Shown piece after piece: positions 40,242-49,081 of a DNA stretch of 64,000 nt (the first letter of the stretch is position 1; each line of letters starts with the position of its first letter). Under the pieces are notes generated by a model, which was given only the letters and a program-made list of their open reading frames with translations, did no database searches and had not been told where the DNA came from. The position numbers were made by a program, and so were the translations under genes. The DNA comes from Spirochaetia bacterium. GTDB taxonomy: Bacteria > Spirochaetota > Spirochaetia > UBA9216. The DNA lies in NCBI GenBank assembly GCA_965140585.1, contig OZ223268.1, positions 64,001-128,000 of the forward strand, in the 5' to 3' direction.

Positions 40242-41597
40242 TTATTTAACCAGGCTTGGAGAACTTTTCCTTGTTCCAATCAGAAAAATAATCATACCAA
40301 TTGCAAAATATCCGGCAGTCCAGGCCCATAGCTGCCATCCTCCGGATACAATTCCCGGAATATATGCACAAATTATTATAACAAATGTTGCTATTGGTAG
40401 GAAATTTCCACCTGGTGCCTTGAATACATCTTTAACATCAGGATTCTTTTTTCGAGCTGCAATGATGGTCAAACATACTATAGCAACAACAATTGCGTTA
40501 CAGAGCGCACCAAGATTGACTATCAGATTCGTAAACTTCGGAAATGCTGCTACAACACCGACAACAACCATTACAACTATAAGTGAGTTAACCGGCATAT
40601 TAGTGCTATCGCTCGTTTTAGCAAAAAACTTTGGAAGGATCCCGCTTTCAGCAGAAGCCTGTAATGCCCTGGCGGATAATGCTATAACAACTATTATTGT
40701 AGTAAGAAGCGCCAGAACTGCAGATATTGAAATCAATGGTACAAGCCATGGAATAGATGCAAGCTTAGTAAATGCAGCTGCATAAAGGGGAATGTATGCC
40801 ATACCGGGATTTTCCTGCAGAAAACCGGAGTTCACTAATCCAAGTGTAGCCAGAATTGTCAGTACATATAAGATTAAAACTACAGTCATTGCAATTGACA
40901 TTGCCTTGGGGACAGTTTTATTTGGATTCTTAATTTCGCCAACCATAAATGAAACTGAAACTATCGAACCAAATGCGACCATTGCTACAGGAATAGCTCC
41001 CATAAATCCAAATGTTCCTTCAGCGCCCTGAGTGAAAAATGGTTTTAATAAGCTTGAATCCCAATGTCCGGAAAACAGTGCAATACAAATAAATATTACC
41101 ATTGTTACTGCCAAACCAATGGTCAGGCCGGTGTTTATCTTTCCCATAGCTGTTATTTTTACAACATTTAATATACCGCAGAATAAAACAGCCGCAATTG
41201 CCAAAGGCACCTGATATGCTCCCAATGCAGGAAAACTTACCCCTAGATAAATACTCACGTAAATTGCAGAAAAAGCAGCACCTGCAATACATCCGAATAA
41301 ATATGCCCATGAAGATATCCAGCCCCATAATTTCCCCTGCTTTTCTGTTTTACCAAGAGACTTGGAGGGAAAAACAAAAATACCACCTGAGTGCGGAAAA
41401 ATAGTTGATAATTCCGCAGTTTGAAGACCATAGGCAAAAAGAATAATTGCAGCGATTATCCATGATAAAATTGCAGCCGGGCCTGCATTTAAAATTGTAA
41501 CACCGGATAATGAAAAGATTGCGCTACCAATCATTCCACCGATCAAGATTGATGAACTGTCCATCAACCCCAGCTTTCCCTGTTCCTTTTTTGACAT
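40242..41597 (-). CDS. APC-family amino acid/amine permease
   Basis: GGMIGSAIF, AELSTIFPHSGG, GEIKNPNKTVPKA; about 12 TM segments. Confidence 0.9.
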   Translation of the reverse strand: MSKKEQGKLGLMDSSSILIGGMIGSAIFSLSGVTILNAGPAAILSWIIAAIILFAYGLQTAELSTIFPHSGGIFVFPSKSLGKTEKQGKLWGWISSWAYLFGCIAGAAFSAIYVSIYLGVSFPALGAYQVPLAIAAVLFCGILNVVKITAMGKINTGLTIGLAVTMVIFICIALFSGHWDSSLLKPFFTQGAEGTFGFMGAIPVAMVAFGSIVSVSFMVGEIKNPNKTVPKAMSIAMTVVLILYVLTILATLGLVNSGFLQENPGMAYIPLYAAAFTKLASIPWLVPLISISAVLALLTTIIVVIALSARALQASAESGILPKFFAKTSDSTNMPVNSLIVVMVVVGVVAAFPKFTNLIVNLGALCNAIVVAIVCLTIIAARKKNPDVKDVFKAPGGNFLPIATFVIIICAYIPGIVSGGWQLWAWTAGYFAIGMIIFLIGTRKSSPSLVK

Positions 41598-41654
41598 ACT
41601 AATCTATCCTCCTAATCATTCCTTAAAGATTCAACCTGCTTTAAAACAATGTTT

Positions 41655-42686
41655 TTATGTTTCAATTACAATTCTATATGTAGCCGGATCTATTGCCCTC
41701 TCAAAGGCGTAATCAATGTTTGATAACGGAACAACCTCTGAAACAAGTTTCGATGCATCGATTATTCCGAATGAGAGCAGTCTAACTGCTGACATAAAAT
41801 CCTGAGTGTTTGAATTCACGGCCCCTGTGATAATCTTTTCTGATGAATGGACTGAATTAACATCCAGTTCAATAGGTTTGCCTTTCGGGAAAGAGGAATA
41901 CATAACTACAAAGCCATTATTTCCTGTCATATTGATACTCTGGTCTGCAAGCGATGTTAATGCAGCGGTGCAGAACACAACATCCGCCCCTCTTCCATCA
42001 GTATATTCTTTGACTTTTGCTACAGCATCCTCTTCACGCGAGTTTATAAGAATATCTGCACCCATGAGCTTCGCCAACTCCAGTCGCTTGTCATCAACCT
42101 CACAGGCTATAACTCTGGCCCCCTTAAGCTTTGCCAGCTGAATATGGAAAGCACCCATAATCCCGTTTCCAACAACAACCACATCATTTCCAAGCTGTAT
42201 ATTTGCGTTATTAATACTGTGCACACAACAGGCTAATGGTTCAGTCAAGGCTGCATATTTTAAATCAAGGTCATCAGAAACTTTGTACAGGGCTTTAGCC
42301 TCAATCAGCATGTACTCTGCAAATCCGCCGGGCCCACCGACCCCTTCATGGATATTTGCAATAAAAGCAGTCTCACATTTACTTTCATGACCTGTTCGAC
42401 AGTAATAACATTCACCACAGGTTGTCAAAATCCTGGCGGCTACCTTGTCACCGATTTTCAGATTTTTAACTTTATCGCCTACCGCCTCAACTGTTCCGGC
42501 TGCCTCATGACCTCCCGCATACGGATATCTCTGGAAAATACCGTTATAGATTCTTTGTTCCAGCGTACATATAGCGCAATTGGTGATTTTTACAAGAACC
42601 TGCGATCCCTGTGGTTCCCTGATTTCTTTTTCATCAAAATTGAATTTCTTCACATCTGAATGAATTGCAACTTTGTATGTCTTCAT
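41655..42686 (-). CDS. zinc-dependent dehydrogenase (sorbitol/threonine DH-like MDR)
   Basis: GHE, CGECYYCRTGHESKC structural Zn site, LTEPLAC, VGNGIMG. Confidence 0.9.
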   Translation of the reverse strand: MKTYKVAIHSDVKKFNFDEKEIREPQGSQVLVKITNCAICTLEQRIYNGIFQRYPYAGGHEAAGTVEAVGDKVKNLKIGDKVAARILTTCGECYYCRTGHESKCETAFIANIHEGVGGPGGFAEYMLIEAKALYKVSDDLDLKYAALTEPLACCVHSINNANIQLGNDVVVVGNGIMGAFHIQLAKLKGARVIACEVDDKRLELAKLMGADILINSREEDAVAKVKEYTDGRGADVVFCTAALTSLADQSINMTGNNGFVVMYSSFPKGKPIELDVNSVHSSEKIITGAVNSNTQDFMSAVRLLSFGIIDASKLVSEVVPLSNIDYAFERAIDPATYRIVIET

Positions 42687-42694
42687 CTTTTCTC

Positions 42695-43495
42695 CTAGAA
42701 TTTCTTATTCAACTCTTTGAGAGCTGCATCAACACTGCAGTTTTCATGTATCATTTTTGCTATAGCACCTGCATATCTGGCAGGATCTTCATGTCCCCAG
42801 ATATTTCTTCCCATAGCTACACCCGCACCGCCGGCATCAATCGAATCTTTAATTTCTGTGAGAAGTTTCTCTTCCGATACTTTTTTACTGCCCCCGAGAA
42901 TAACTACCGGAACATATACACTTTCACATAACTCATGAAATGTTTCCTGTGACCCCGTATACTCGGTTTTAATGACATCGGCGCCCATCTCAGCACCCAT
43001 TCTGCAGGCGAAGGTTATATTCTCCGGAGTACGTGAATCTTCACCTCCCTCGAACCCCCTGGGAAGCATCTCAGCAACAACCGGAACACCCCACTGATCG
43101 GCGTCCAGTATATTTCTTGAAAGGTCATTCAGTATTTGGTCTTCCCATTTGGATCCAGGGAACCCCATGCTGATAACCGCATCAGCCCCAAGTCTTAATG
43201 CATCTTCAACTTTAACAACAGTCTGCAGAGGCTTTGACTTTGAACCCAAAAATGAACATGAACCATCCAGACGAAGAATTATCCCCCTGCCGTGAAACTT
43301 ATCTGCAAATTTAGCAGCAAGTCCAACGGTAGACAGAAAAGCATCTGCTCCTGCTTTGGCGACTTCACTGATTATTTTTCCAGGTTCTTTCATGGCCGGC
43401 AGAACATTGAACATATTGCCATGGTCCATTGCCATGATAAAAACCTTTCTGTCTTCCCTAAATAGATGATTCATACGATGTGTTTTTGTTGACAT
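42695..43495 (-). CDS. class I aldolase (DhnA/FbaB/LsrF family)
   Basis: AMDHG, LRLGADAV, GADVIKT Schiff-base Lys, ILGG, AMGRNIW. Confidence 0.9.
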   Translation of the reverse strand: MSTKTHRMNHLFREDRKVFIMAMDHGNMFNVLPAMKEPGKIISEVAKAGADAFLSTVGLAAKFADKFHGRGIILRLDGSCSFLGSKSKPLQTVVKVEDALRLGADAVISMGFPGSKWEDQILNDLSRNILDADQWGVPVVAEMLPRGFEGGEDSRTPENITFACRMGAEMGADVIKTEYTGSQETFHELCESVYVPVVILGGSKKVSEEKLLTEIKDSIDAGGAGVAMGRNIWGHEDPARYAGAIAKMIHENCSVDAALKELNKKF

Positions 43496-43522
43496 ATATA
43501 TGCTTCCTATTTTTATTCAATT

Positions 43523-43569
43523 TTCAGGTGTTACATATGCTCACTTTGTGTTCATATGTAACACCTGAA
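43523..43569. promoter_or_regulatory. 47-bp inverted repeat (perfect 17-bp arms), putative SorC-family operator
   Basis: TTCAGGTGTTACATATG-N13-CATATGTAACACCTGAA upstream of the aldolase; no T tract on the coding strand. Confidence 0.65.
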
Positions 43570-43684
43570 CACAGACTAACACAGCATACCTGAGAAGTAA
43601 AGCTTTTTAAGAAAAAATTTAGAGATTTATAAGCTATTTTTTAAAGTGAGGGTTGCTGTTAAATATCTGGATAAAGAAAAGATT

Positions 43685-44614
43685 TTATTTTTTTAAATTT
43701 CGATGGACTGCAGCAGCAGTAATGGAATCTGTAACTAGTATATTTATCAGGTTTCCGCGTATAGCACCCGTGATAGCAGAAACTTTCTTTTCACCGCCGG
43801 CGATGCCAATCCTGATTGGAATGTTTTTATAACTTTCCAAATCTATCGCAAATACCCTGCCGTTAAGATCACTCTGAATAACATTACCTTTATCATCAAA
43901 AAAGTGGGTACACACTTCACCAACTACATTTTTATCTTTTAAAGATTTTTTTTCCTGTTCAGACAGAAAATCTTCCTGTATGAACGAAGATTCCTCGGAC
44001 ATATCACCAAGGCCGACTACCGCAACAGTACAATTCTTCATTTTCTCATATACCTGAGCAAAAAAACTTTCTTTAAGCATTGAATCTCTGAGCTGCTTAT
44101 TTTCGACAATAATTGGAGCATACATAAAATATGGTGTTGCATCCAGGATTTCTGAAGACTGGCGTACGATGTCATCTGAATTTACATTTGACTCCCTGGC
44201 ATTCAAACCGCCTACCAGTTGTGTAACAATCAGGTTCTTTTTATCAGATTTTTCTAAATTAGCTACAGCTGAAGAAAGGGCTCTGCCCCTGGAAAAACCA
44301 ATAATATCATTATCATTAATAATCCTGTCCAGATAAGCCGCAGCAGCAAGTCCGAGTGAGTTGTTTATATCCTCGTCACAATTTAGAATTATTGCTTCGT
44401 TTAGACCCGAGCATGTCTCGAATTCAGTTTCATATTCAATATTTCGATCTTCAATATCCTGAATTACAATTTTAACAATACCTTTATCTAAACAATATTT
44501 TAATATCCGATTAACTCTTTGTCTGGATGTCAGCATTTTCTTTGCAATTTCATTCTGAGTCATGCCTTTCCTGTAATAATAATGAGCAACCTTGATATAT
44601 TCGTTAAGATTCAT
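43685..44614 (-). CDS. SorC/DeoR-family sugar-binding transcriptional regulator
   Basis: VAHYYY..GMTQNEIAK...SRQRVNR HTH; GRAL, QLVGG, GIAGGEKK, GNLINILVTD. Confidence 0.92.
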   Translation of the reverse strand: MNLNEYIKVAHYYYRKGMTQNEIAKKMLTSRQRVNRILKYCLDKGIVKIVIQDIEDRNIEYETEFETCSGLNEAIILNCDEDINNSLGLAAAAYLDRIINDNDIIGFSRGRALSSAVANLEKSDKKNLIVTQLVGGLNARESNVNSDDIVRQSSEILDATPYFMYAPIIVENKQLRDSMLKESFFAQVYEKMKNCTVAVVGLGDMSEESSFIQEDFLSEQEKKSLKDKNVVGEVCTHFFDDKGNVIQSDLNGRVFAIDLESYKNIPIRIGIAGGEKKVSAITGAIRGNLINILVTDSITAAAVHRNLKK

Positions 44615-44836
44615 AAATGTTCCTACCAGATTATACAATATCATTAATTTATTTTGTAAACTATATAAAATTATGTATCGTTGGGGAACGGAGTTGATGA
44701 TGGTTCTTAAATTATCAGCGCTATTGAATTTATAGGCGGATTTCTTACAGCCGAGAAGAACTTCTACAATGTATAAATTAACTTTCTCTGTACTTTCCGA
44801 CTGTCTATGGATAAATTTAATATAAGGAGGAACATT

Positions 44837-44980
44837 ATGGAAATTGAACCTGTAGATCCTTCGATACCACCGCCGGAAAAGCCTGCCGAACAGCCGCTCC
44901 CGCCTCCGGAAAAAACACCCCCGGAAGCTGAGGTTATCGAGGACGATGAACTCGGAGAAAACGTAGATCTGCTTTCATAA
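44837..44980 (+). CDS. 47-aa Pro/Glu-rich small protein (C-terminal LGENVDLL)
   Basis: Strong AAGGAGG RBS; MEIEPVDPSIPPPEKPAEQPLPPPEKTPPEAEVIEDDELGENVDLLS; below the ORF-track cutoff. Confidence 0.7.
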   Translation: MEIEPVDPSIPPPEKPAEQPLPPPEKTPPEAEVIEDDELGENVDLLS

Positions 44981-45002
44981 TATCCGCTGGGAGATTATTG
45001 AA

Positions 45003-45056
45003 CCACGGATATATGTGGCTTAGATATGTGGTCACACGGATTGGCACGGATATAAG
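45003..45056 (+). repeat. copy B of the GxxExxY-associated repeat (left end)
   Basis: CCACGGATATAT-N7-AGATATGTGGTCACACGG followed by attggcacggatataag; three CACGGAT units. Confidence 0.75.
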
Positions 45057-45123
45057 AAAGTTTAAGGTTGAAAAGTAGAACACTTAGGAACTGCCTCCAC
45101 GTAATACTCAATTTTACATCTTA

Positions 45124-45183
45124 TTTCCGGAGGTTCAAGGCCAGAGCAAGCGATCCTTCGGACCGGCCTTGAGCATCCGGAAA
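45124..45183 (+). other. long GC-rich stem-loop with internal C(UUCG)G tetraloop upstream of GxxExxY gene
   Basis: tttccgga-g-gttcaaggcc ... ggccttgagc-a-tccggaaa, with inner tccttcgga. Confidence 0.55.
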
Positions 45184-45211
45184 GTGAGCCTGCCTGTTTT
45201 TAATAAAAACA

Positions 45212-45640
45212 GTGAGGCTGAATCTTTTGTCTTTGACAAAAGATTTGACAGTTTTCGTTGAAAACTGTCAGTTAAGAAACTCTATAACAGAATTATCAAA
45301 TAAAATTGTAGTAGCTTTTTTCAGGGTTCATAATGAACTTGGGCCGGGTTTGCTTGAATCATGCTATCATAATGCACTTTACATTGAGATGAAAGCCACT
45401 GGGTTAAATATTGTCAATAATGCCCAACTTAATGTGCATTACCGGGGTGAAGTTGTCGGTGAGTTTTTCTCTGACCTTGTGGTTAATAACAGTATCATCA
45501 TTGAAATCAAATCTGTTCAGGCGCTTTCATCTGCTCATGAAGCACAGCTTATAAACTATCTCCGCATCAGTAAGCTTAAGGTCGGTTATCTTGTTAATTT
45601 TCAGGGTTCAAGGGTTATATTTAAGCGGTTTGTTGTTTGA
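45212..45640 (+). CDS. GxxExxY protein (PD-(D/E)XK nuclease superfamily)
   Basis: VHNELGPGLLESCY, DLVV..IIIEIKSV, HEAQLINYL, GYLVNF; start codon uncertain. Confidence 0.92.
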   Translation: MRLNLLSLTKDLTVFVENCQLRNSITELSNKIVVAFFRVHNELGPGLLESCYHNALYIEMKATGLNIVNNAQLNVHYRGEVVGEFFSDLVVNNSIIIEIKSVQALSSAHEAQLINYLRISKLKVGYLVNFQGSRVIFKRFVV

Positions 45641-45825
45641 TAGATCTTGTTCACAGATTTACCAAGAGCATGATATCATAAAGGAACAAAAGAAAAGATT
45701 ACCTGCAGACGATGATATTTCAAATGTCGACTGCCATACCTCAAACTTCTATACATCACTAGCTGAATATATAAAAGCGACATAGAAAAAAAAGTTGCAC
45801 ATTAATATTAAAAAGTCTTATATTT

Positions 45826-46527
45826 TCACCTTATAGCTTTATCAAGGATACTTTCTATCTCTTTCTCAATTTTAGGGATACTTGCTTCCAGCTCTTGAAC
45901 ACTAATAAGTCTCTCAAATGATAACATTTTAGAAATTCCATCTTGGATATTCCCAGCTAAGAAATTTACAAAAGTTGAAGAATATTCTTTAAATTCAGGT
46001 TGATGAAACACTTCTAATGAATAGAAATTAATAATCGTAGGCACTGTAACAAGTTTGAATAAATGAATTTTTGCCCTTAAAAGCTTATCGGAAATATATG
46101 TTTCACTTATAAATTTAATTTTCATGTCTAAAGCAATCGCTTCTGTGACAATTTTGTCATTTCGGTGCGGTAAAAACTCATTCTCTTCACCGTGTGAATC
46201 AATGTTAAAAGGTTTTCCAGAAGCTACAAGCCCTTTATAAATACTAGTTGGATAATACAAATTTAAAAGTTCAGAAATATAATTATTCAATTCGAGAATG
46301 TATTTTTGTCTTTGCTGGTATTTAAATTCACGATCCTGCATATTCAAATTCATAAGTAAAATAATCATCGTCAGCATTGTTAAGATTGGAGTTATAAATG
46401 AACCGAATGCTCCCCAATGATTTGGGTCGTCAGATAGTCCACCATTAAAATTGACAACATAAAGAATGATTGATAACAACGATAGTACTAAAAGAAAAAT
46501 GATTGAAATCTTCAAAATTTTATTCAT
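45826..46527 (-). CDS. hypothetical 2-TM protein of mobile-element type
   Basis: N-terminal TM-GLSDDPNHWGAFGSFITPIL-TM hairpin; very AT-rich. Confidence 0.65.
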   Translation of the reverse strand: MNKILKISIIFLLVLSLLSIILYVVNFNGGLSDDPNHWGAFGSFITPILTMLTMIILLMNLNMQDREFKYQQRQKYILELNNYISELLNLYYPTSIYKGLVASGKPFNIDSHGEENEFLPHRNDKIVTEAIALDMKIKFISETYISDKLLRAKIHLFKLVTVPTIINFYSLEVFHQPEFKEYSSTFVNFLAGNIQDGISKMLSFERLISVQELEASIPKIEKEIESILDKAIR

Positions 46528-46564
46528 ATTACAATCCCCCTTCTCTTCAATAGTTAATTATTTT

Positions 46565-47280
46565 TTAAGACTGAAATGGATTCTTTGATAGATAATTTTT
46601 CATTTGCTTTATTTTGATATCAAGAAAATCATTGCTGATATGCATTCTTTCATAGATAACTTCAGTCGCTTCAGCGATAATATAGAATATTGTTTCGATA
46701 TGAGCCACAAAGGCTTGAATAGGTCTTTCATTAACCAACATAAAAACATCGCGTTCAGAATTATATGAACGATCCATCAGAACTGCCAAATTATTGTGCG
46801 TCTCACCACAAAGCGTAATATAAGCACCTTTATAGAAATTCTCCAACCCGGCGCTTTTAAATTTGGACTTAATTGACAGTACTTTTCCATTTTCACTTCA
46901 AATTCATTTATTTTAGCCTTTATACTGTCAATCTTTACATCATCCACTTTAAAATCCCCTTCAAACAAACCTTCTTTAAAAACCTTAATTCGATGTTTAT
47001 GGTAATCCAATTCTAATAATGATAAATAGCTCTCATCATTATTAAGATTTATAAAGTCAACAAAGGCTTCCAACATATTTCTTAAAATATGAGAAACAGC
47101 TGCTAAAAGATGCTCCTTAATAAGCACCATACAGGAAAGACAATCCTCGTATATCGTGCAATACAAACAAAGCAATGCAGTAGTGTATTTATCGTTGGAG
47201 ATATCATTTTTCTTTTTTAAATCTTTTTCGATATTTTTACATATGCATAATCTATCATTCCAAATCCTTATCAGGTTCAA
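46565..47280 (-). pseudogene. frameshifted DUF5677-like protein
   Basis: ILRNMLEAFVDFINL in one frame continues as AGLENFYKGAYITLCGETHNN in another near 46855. Confidence 0.55.
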
Positions 47281-47605
47281 CTACATTTTGATTTGAACTT
47301 GCTCTTTTTCTTTTTTTTTCCTGTAATTTTGCATATTGAATCGGGTTTATCTTGTCTTCGATTATAAAATTATCCATCAGGTACAATAAATCAAGAGCTC
47401 GCAATATCTGAATAAGAGAGGAAAGCCTAATTGATTCCCCATTCTCAATTTGAACAAGAGTACCTCTATTTATCCCTGCTTCATATGCTATTTTTTCTTG
47501 AGTTTTGTTTTGTCCCAGTCGCTGATGTTTAATATATGTACCTATAACACTTATAAGTGCGGAATCGGTCATTGAAGCCCAATTATTGTTGATATTTTCC
47601 ATCAT
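47255..47605 (-). CDS. XRE-family HTH protein (HipB-like antitoxin)
   Basis: IKHQRLGQNKTQEKIAYEAGINRGTLVQIENG HTH; SLIQILRAL; palindrome tgttgg-N6-ccaaca at 47628-47645 upstream. Confidence 0.85.
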   Translation of the reverse strand: MMENINNNWASMTDSALISVIGTYIKHQRLGQNKTQEKIAYEAGINRGTLVQIENGESIRLSSLIQILRALDLLYLMDNFIIEDKINPIQYAKLQEKKRKRASSNQNVVEPDKDLE

Positions 47606-47883
47606 TAACCCTGCAATATTGTTTTAATGTTGGCTTTTTCCAACAAAGAACCAGTTTTCACATTTAGTTGTGAGAAATGCGGGTTAATCATTATGTTTTT
47701 AGATTACCTCTACGTAAGGAACAGTTTATACTTCACCAGGTAAAAATTAGGTACACTATTCCAGGGGAAATTCATGAAGCGCCTCTGAGTATTTCCACCT
47801 GATACACCAGCAAGAAAAAATTTTTCTACGATAATACAAACAAACGTTCATCTGTGAACCGCTGCCCTTCACCACCCCACTAA

Positions 47884-47920
47884 CCGTGTGACCGCATATC
47901 TTTACCCAATATATCCGTGG
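47884..47920 (-). repeat. copy C of the GxxExxY-associated repeat (right end, inverted)
   Basis: Reverse complement CCACGGATATAT-N7-AGATATGCGGTCACACGG, same length as copy B. Confidence 0.75.
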
Positions 47921-47985
47921 CCAACACCCTCTTCTCGGGCTGGCCGAAAGACAGCGAAGTGCAGCAGCCCAGGCCACTATGGTGC

Positions 47986-48014
47986 AAAAAAAGCACCTTC
48001 TAAGGTGCTTTTTT
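47986..48014 (-). terminator. tRNA terminator
   Basis: aaaaaaaGCACCTTctAAGGTGCtttttt. Confidence 0.8.
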
Positions 48015-48022
48015 AAACGGTA

Positions 48023-48096
48023 TCGGGCTGGCCGGATTTGAACCGGCGACCCCAAGTCCCCCAGACTTGTACGCTAAACCCCTGCGCTACAGCCCG
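48023..48096 (-). tRNA. tRNA-Pro(GGG)
   Basis: CGGGCTG acceptor stem, anticodon arm CAAGT-CTGGGGG-ACTTG, GGTTCAAATCC T-loop; CCA not encoded. Confidence 0.95.
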
Positions 48097-48130
48097 TTAT
48101 GTGCTGGTAAAGATACCACTTAAATGCTTT

Positions 48131-48934
48131 TTATGTCAATAAATCCGGATACACCTTTTCAATCCATTTCTGCGAATCCATCGGAGGCCTCATATACCCC
48201 TCAGGCGACTGGCGCTCGGGCAGATCTATAGGTTCCGGAGTAAGGTCCTGATACGGAATCTGCTTTAAAAAATGATCTATAGTATTAAGCCTGGTGCAGA
48301 ACTTGTCATCTGCATCAACCACATGCCAGGGAGAATCTGGCAGATCAGAAAATGCAAACATCTCATCCTTCGCCTTAGAATACTCAACCCACTTTGAACG
48401 GGCCGTCATATCCATCGGACTGAGCTTCCACCTCTTTGCAGGGTCTTTAAGCCTGTCCCGGAACCGCTTTTCCTGTTCTTCATCACTTACCGAAAACCAG
48501 TATTTAATCAGAATAATTCCGCTTCGAATCAGCATACGCTCAAATTCAGGAAGCGAACGTTTGAACTCATCATATTCATCATGGGAACAGAAGCCCATAA
48601 CATGCTCTACCCCCGCCCTGTTGTACCAGGAACGATCAAAAAAAACCATTTCACCGGCGGAAGGCAGATGAGTCACATAGCGCTGAAAGTACCACTGACT
48701 CTTCTCCTTTTCTGTAGGAACAGGCAGTGCCACGACCCTGGCTCCGCGGGGGTTTAAACCGGCAGTGATTACCTTTATTACGCCCCCCTTTCCTGCTGCA
48801 TCACGGCCTTCAAAAAGAACAACAACCTTTAATCCCTGTTTTTTAATCCACTGCTGCTGTTTAACAAGCTCAGTGGTAAGCCTTTTCAGTTCCTTCAGAT
48901 AATCTTTCTTCTTCAGCTTTGATTTTGTCCCCAT
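48131..48934 (-). CDS. ppk2: polyphosphate kinase 2
   Basis: FEGRDAAGKGG, WYFQRY, FDRSWYNRAGVE, WKLSPMD; ggagg RBS before 48934. Confidence 0.95.
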   Translation of the reverse strand: MGTKSKLKKKDYLKELKRLTTELVKQQQWIKKQGLKVVVLFEGRDAAGKGGVIKVITAGLNPRGARVVALPVPTEKEKSQWYFQRYVTHLPSAGEMVFFDRSWYNRAGVEHVMGFCSHDEYDEFKRSLPEFERMLIRSGIILIKYWFSVSDEEQEKRFRDRLKDPAKRWKLSPMDMTARSKWVEYSKAKDEMFAFSDLPDSPWHVVDADDKFCTRLNTIDHFLKQIPYQDLTPEPIDLPERQSPEGYMRPPMDSQKWIEKVYPDLLT

Positions 48935-49081
48935 TTTGGACCTCCTGCAGACGGTATATCCGAATTTTAAACTCATTTGCAGCATGAAAGCAAATTTTAT
49001 TTTTTATTGCCTGTATTGGTTTCTTACTATATACTTCTATAAAATTTCACAAATAGGCGTAAATTACCGAGAAATATACAA

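Larger units (their letters stand above)
45003..47920. mobile_element. putative GxxExxY cassette bounded by 37-bp inverted repeats, next to tRNA-Pro
   Basis: Inverted repeat pair 45003-45039 / 47884-47920 encloses the GxxExxY gene and AT-rich cargo. Confidence 0.5.

Noticed and set aside
44770-44805. Sigma-28 promoter for the 47-aa peptide
   Set aside because: A CCGA core is present but the -35 match and spacing are too poor to support a call
38914-47920. 37-bp repeats as a CRISPR array or classical IS ends
   Set aside because: Only three dispersed copies, no spacers, no DDE or HUH transposase, and no clear target-site duplication
47756-48055. 99-aa ORF overlapping the tRNA
   Set aside because: It runs through the tRNA, terminator and repeat, so it is spurious
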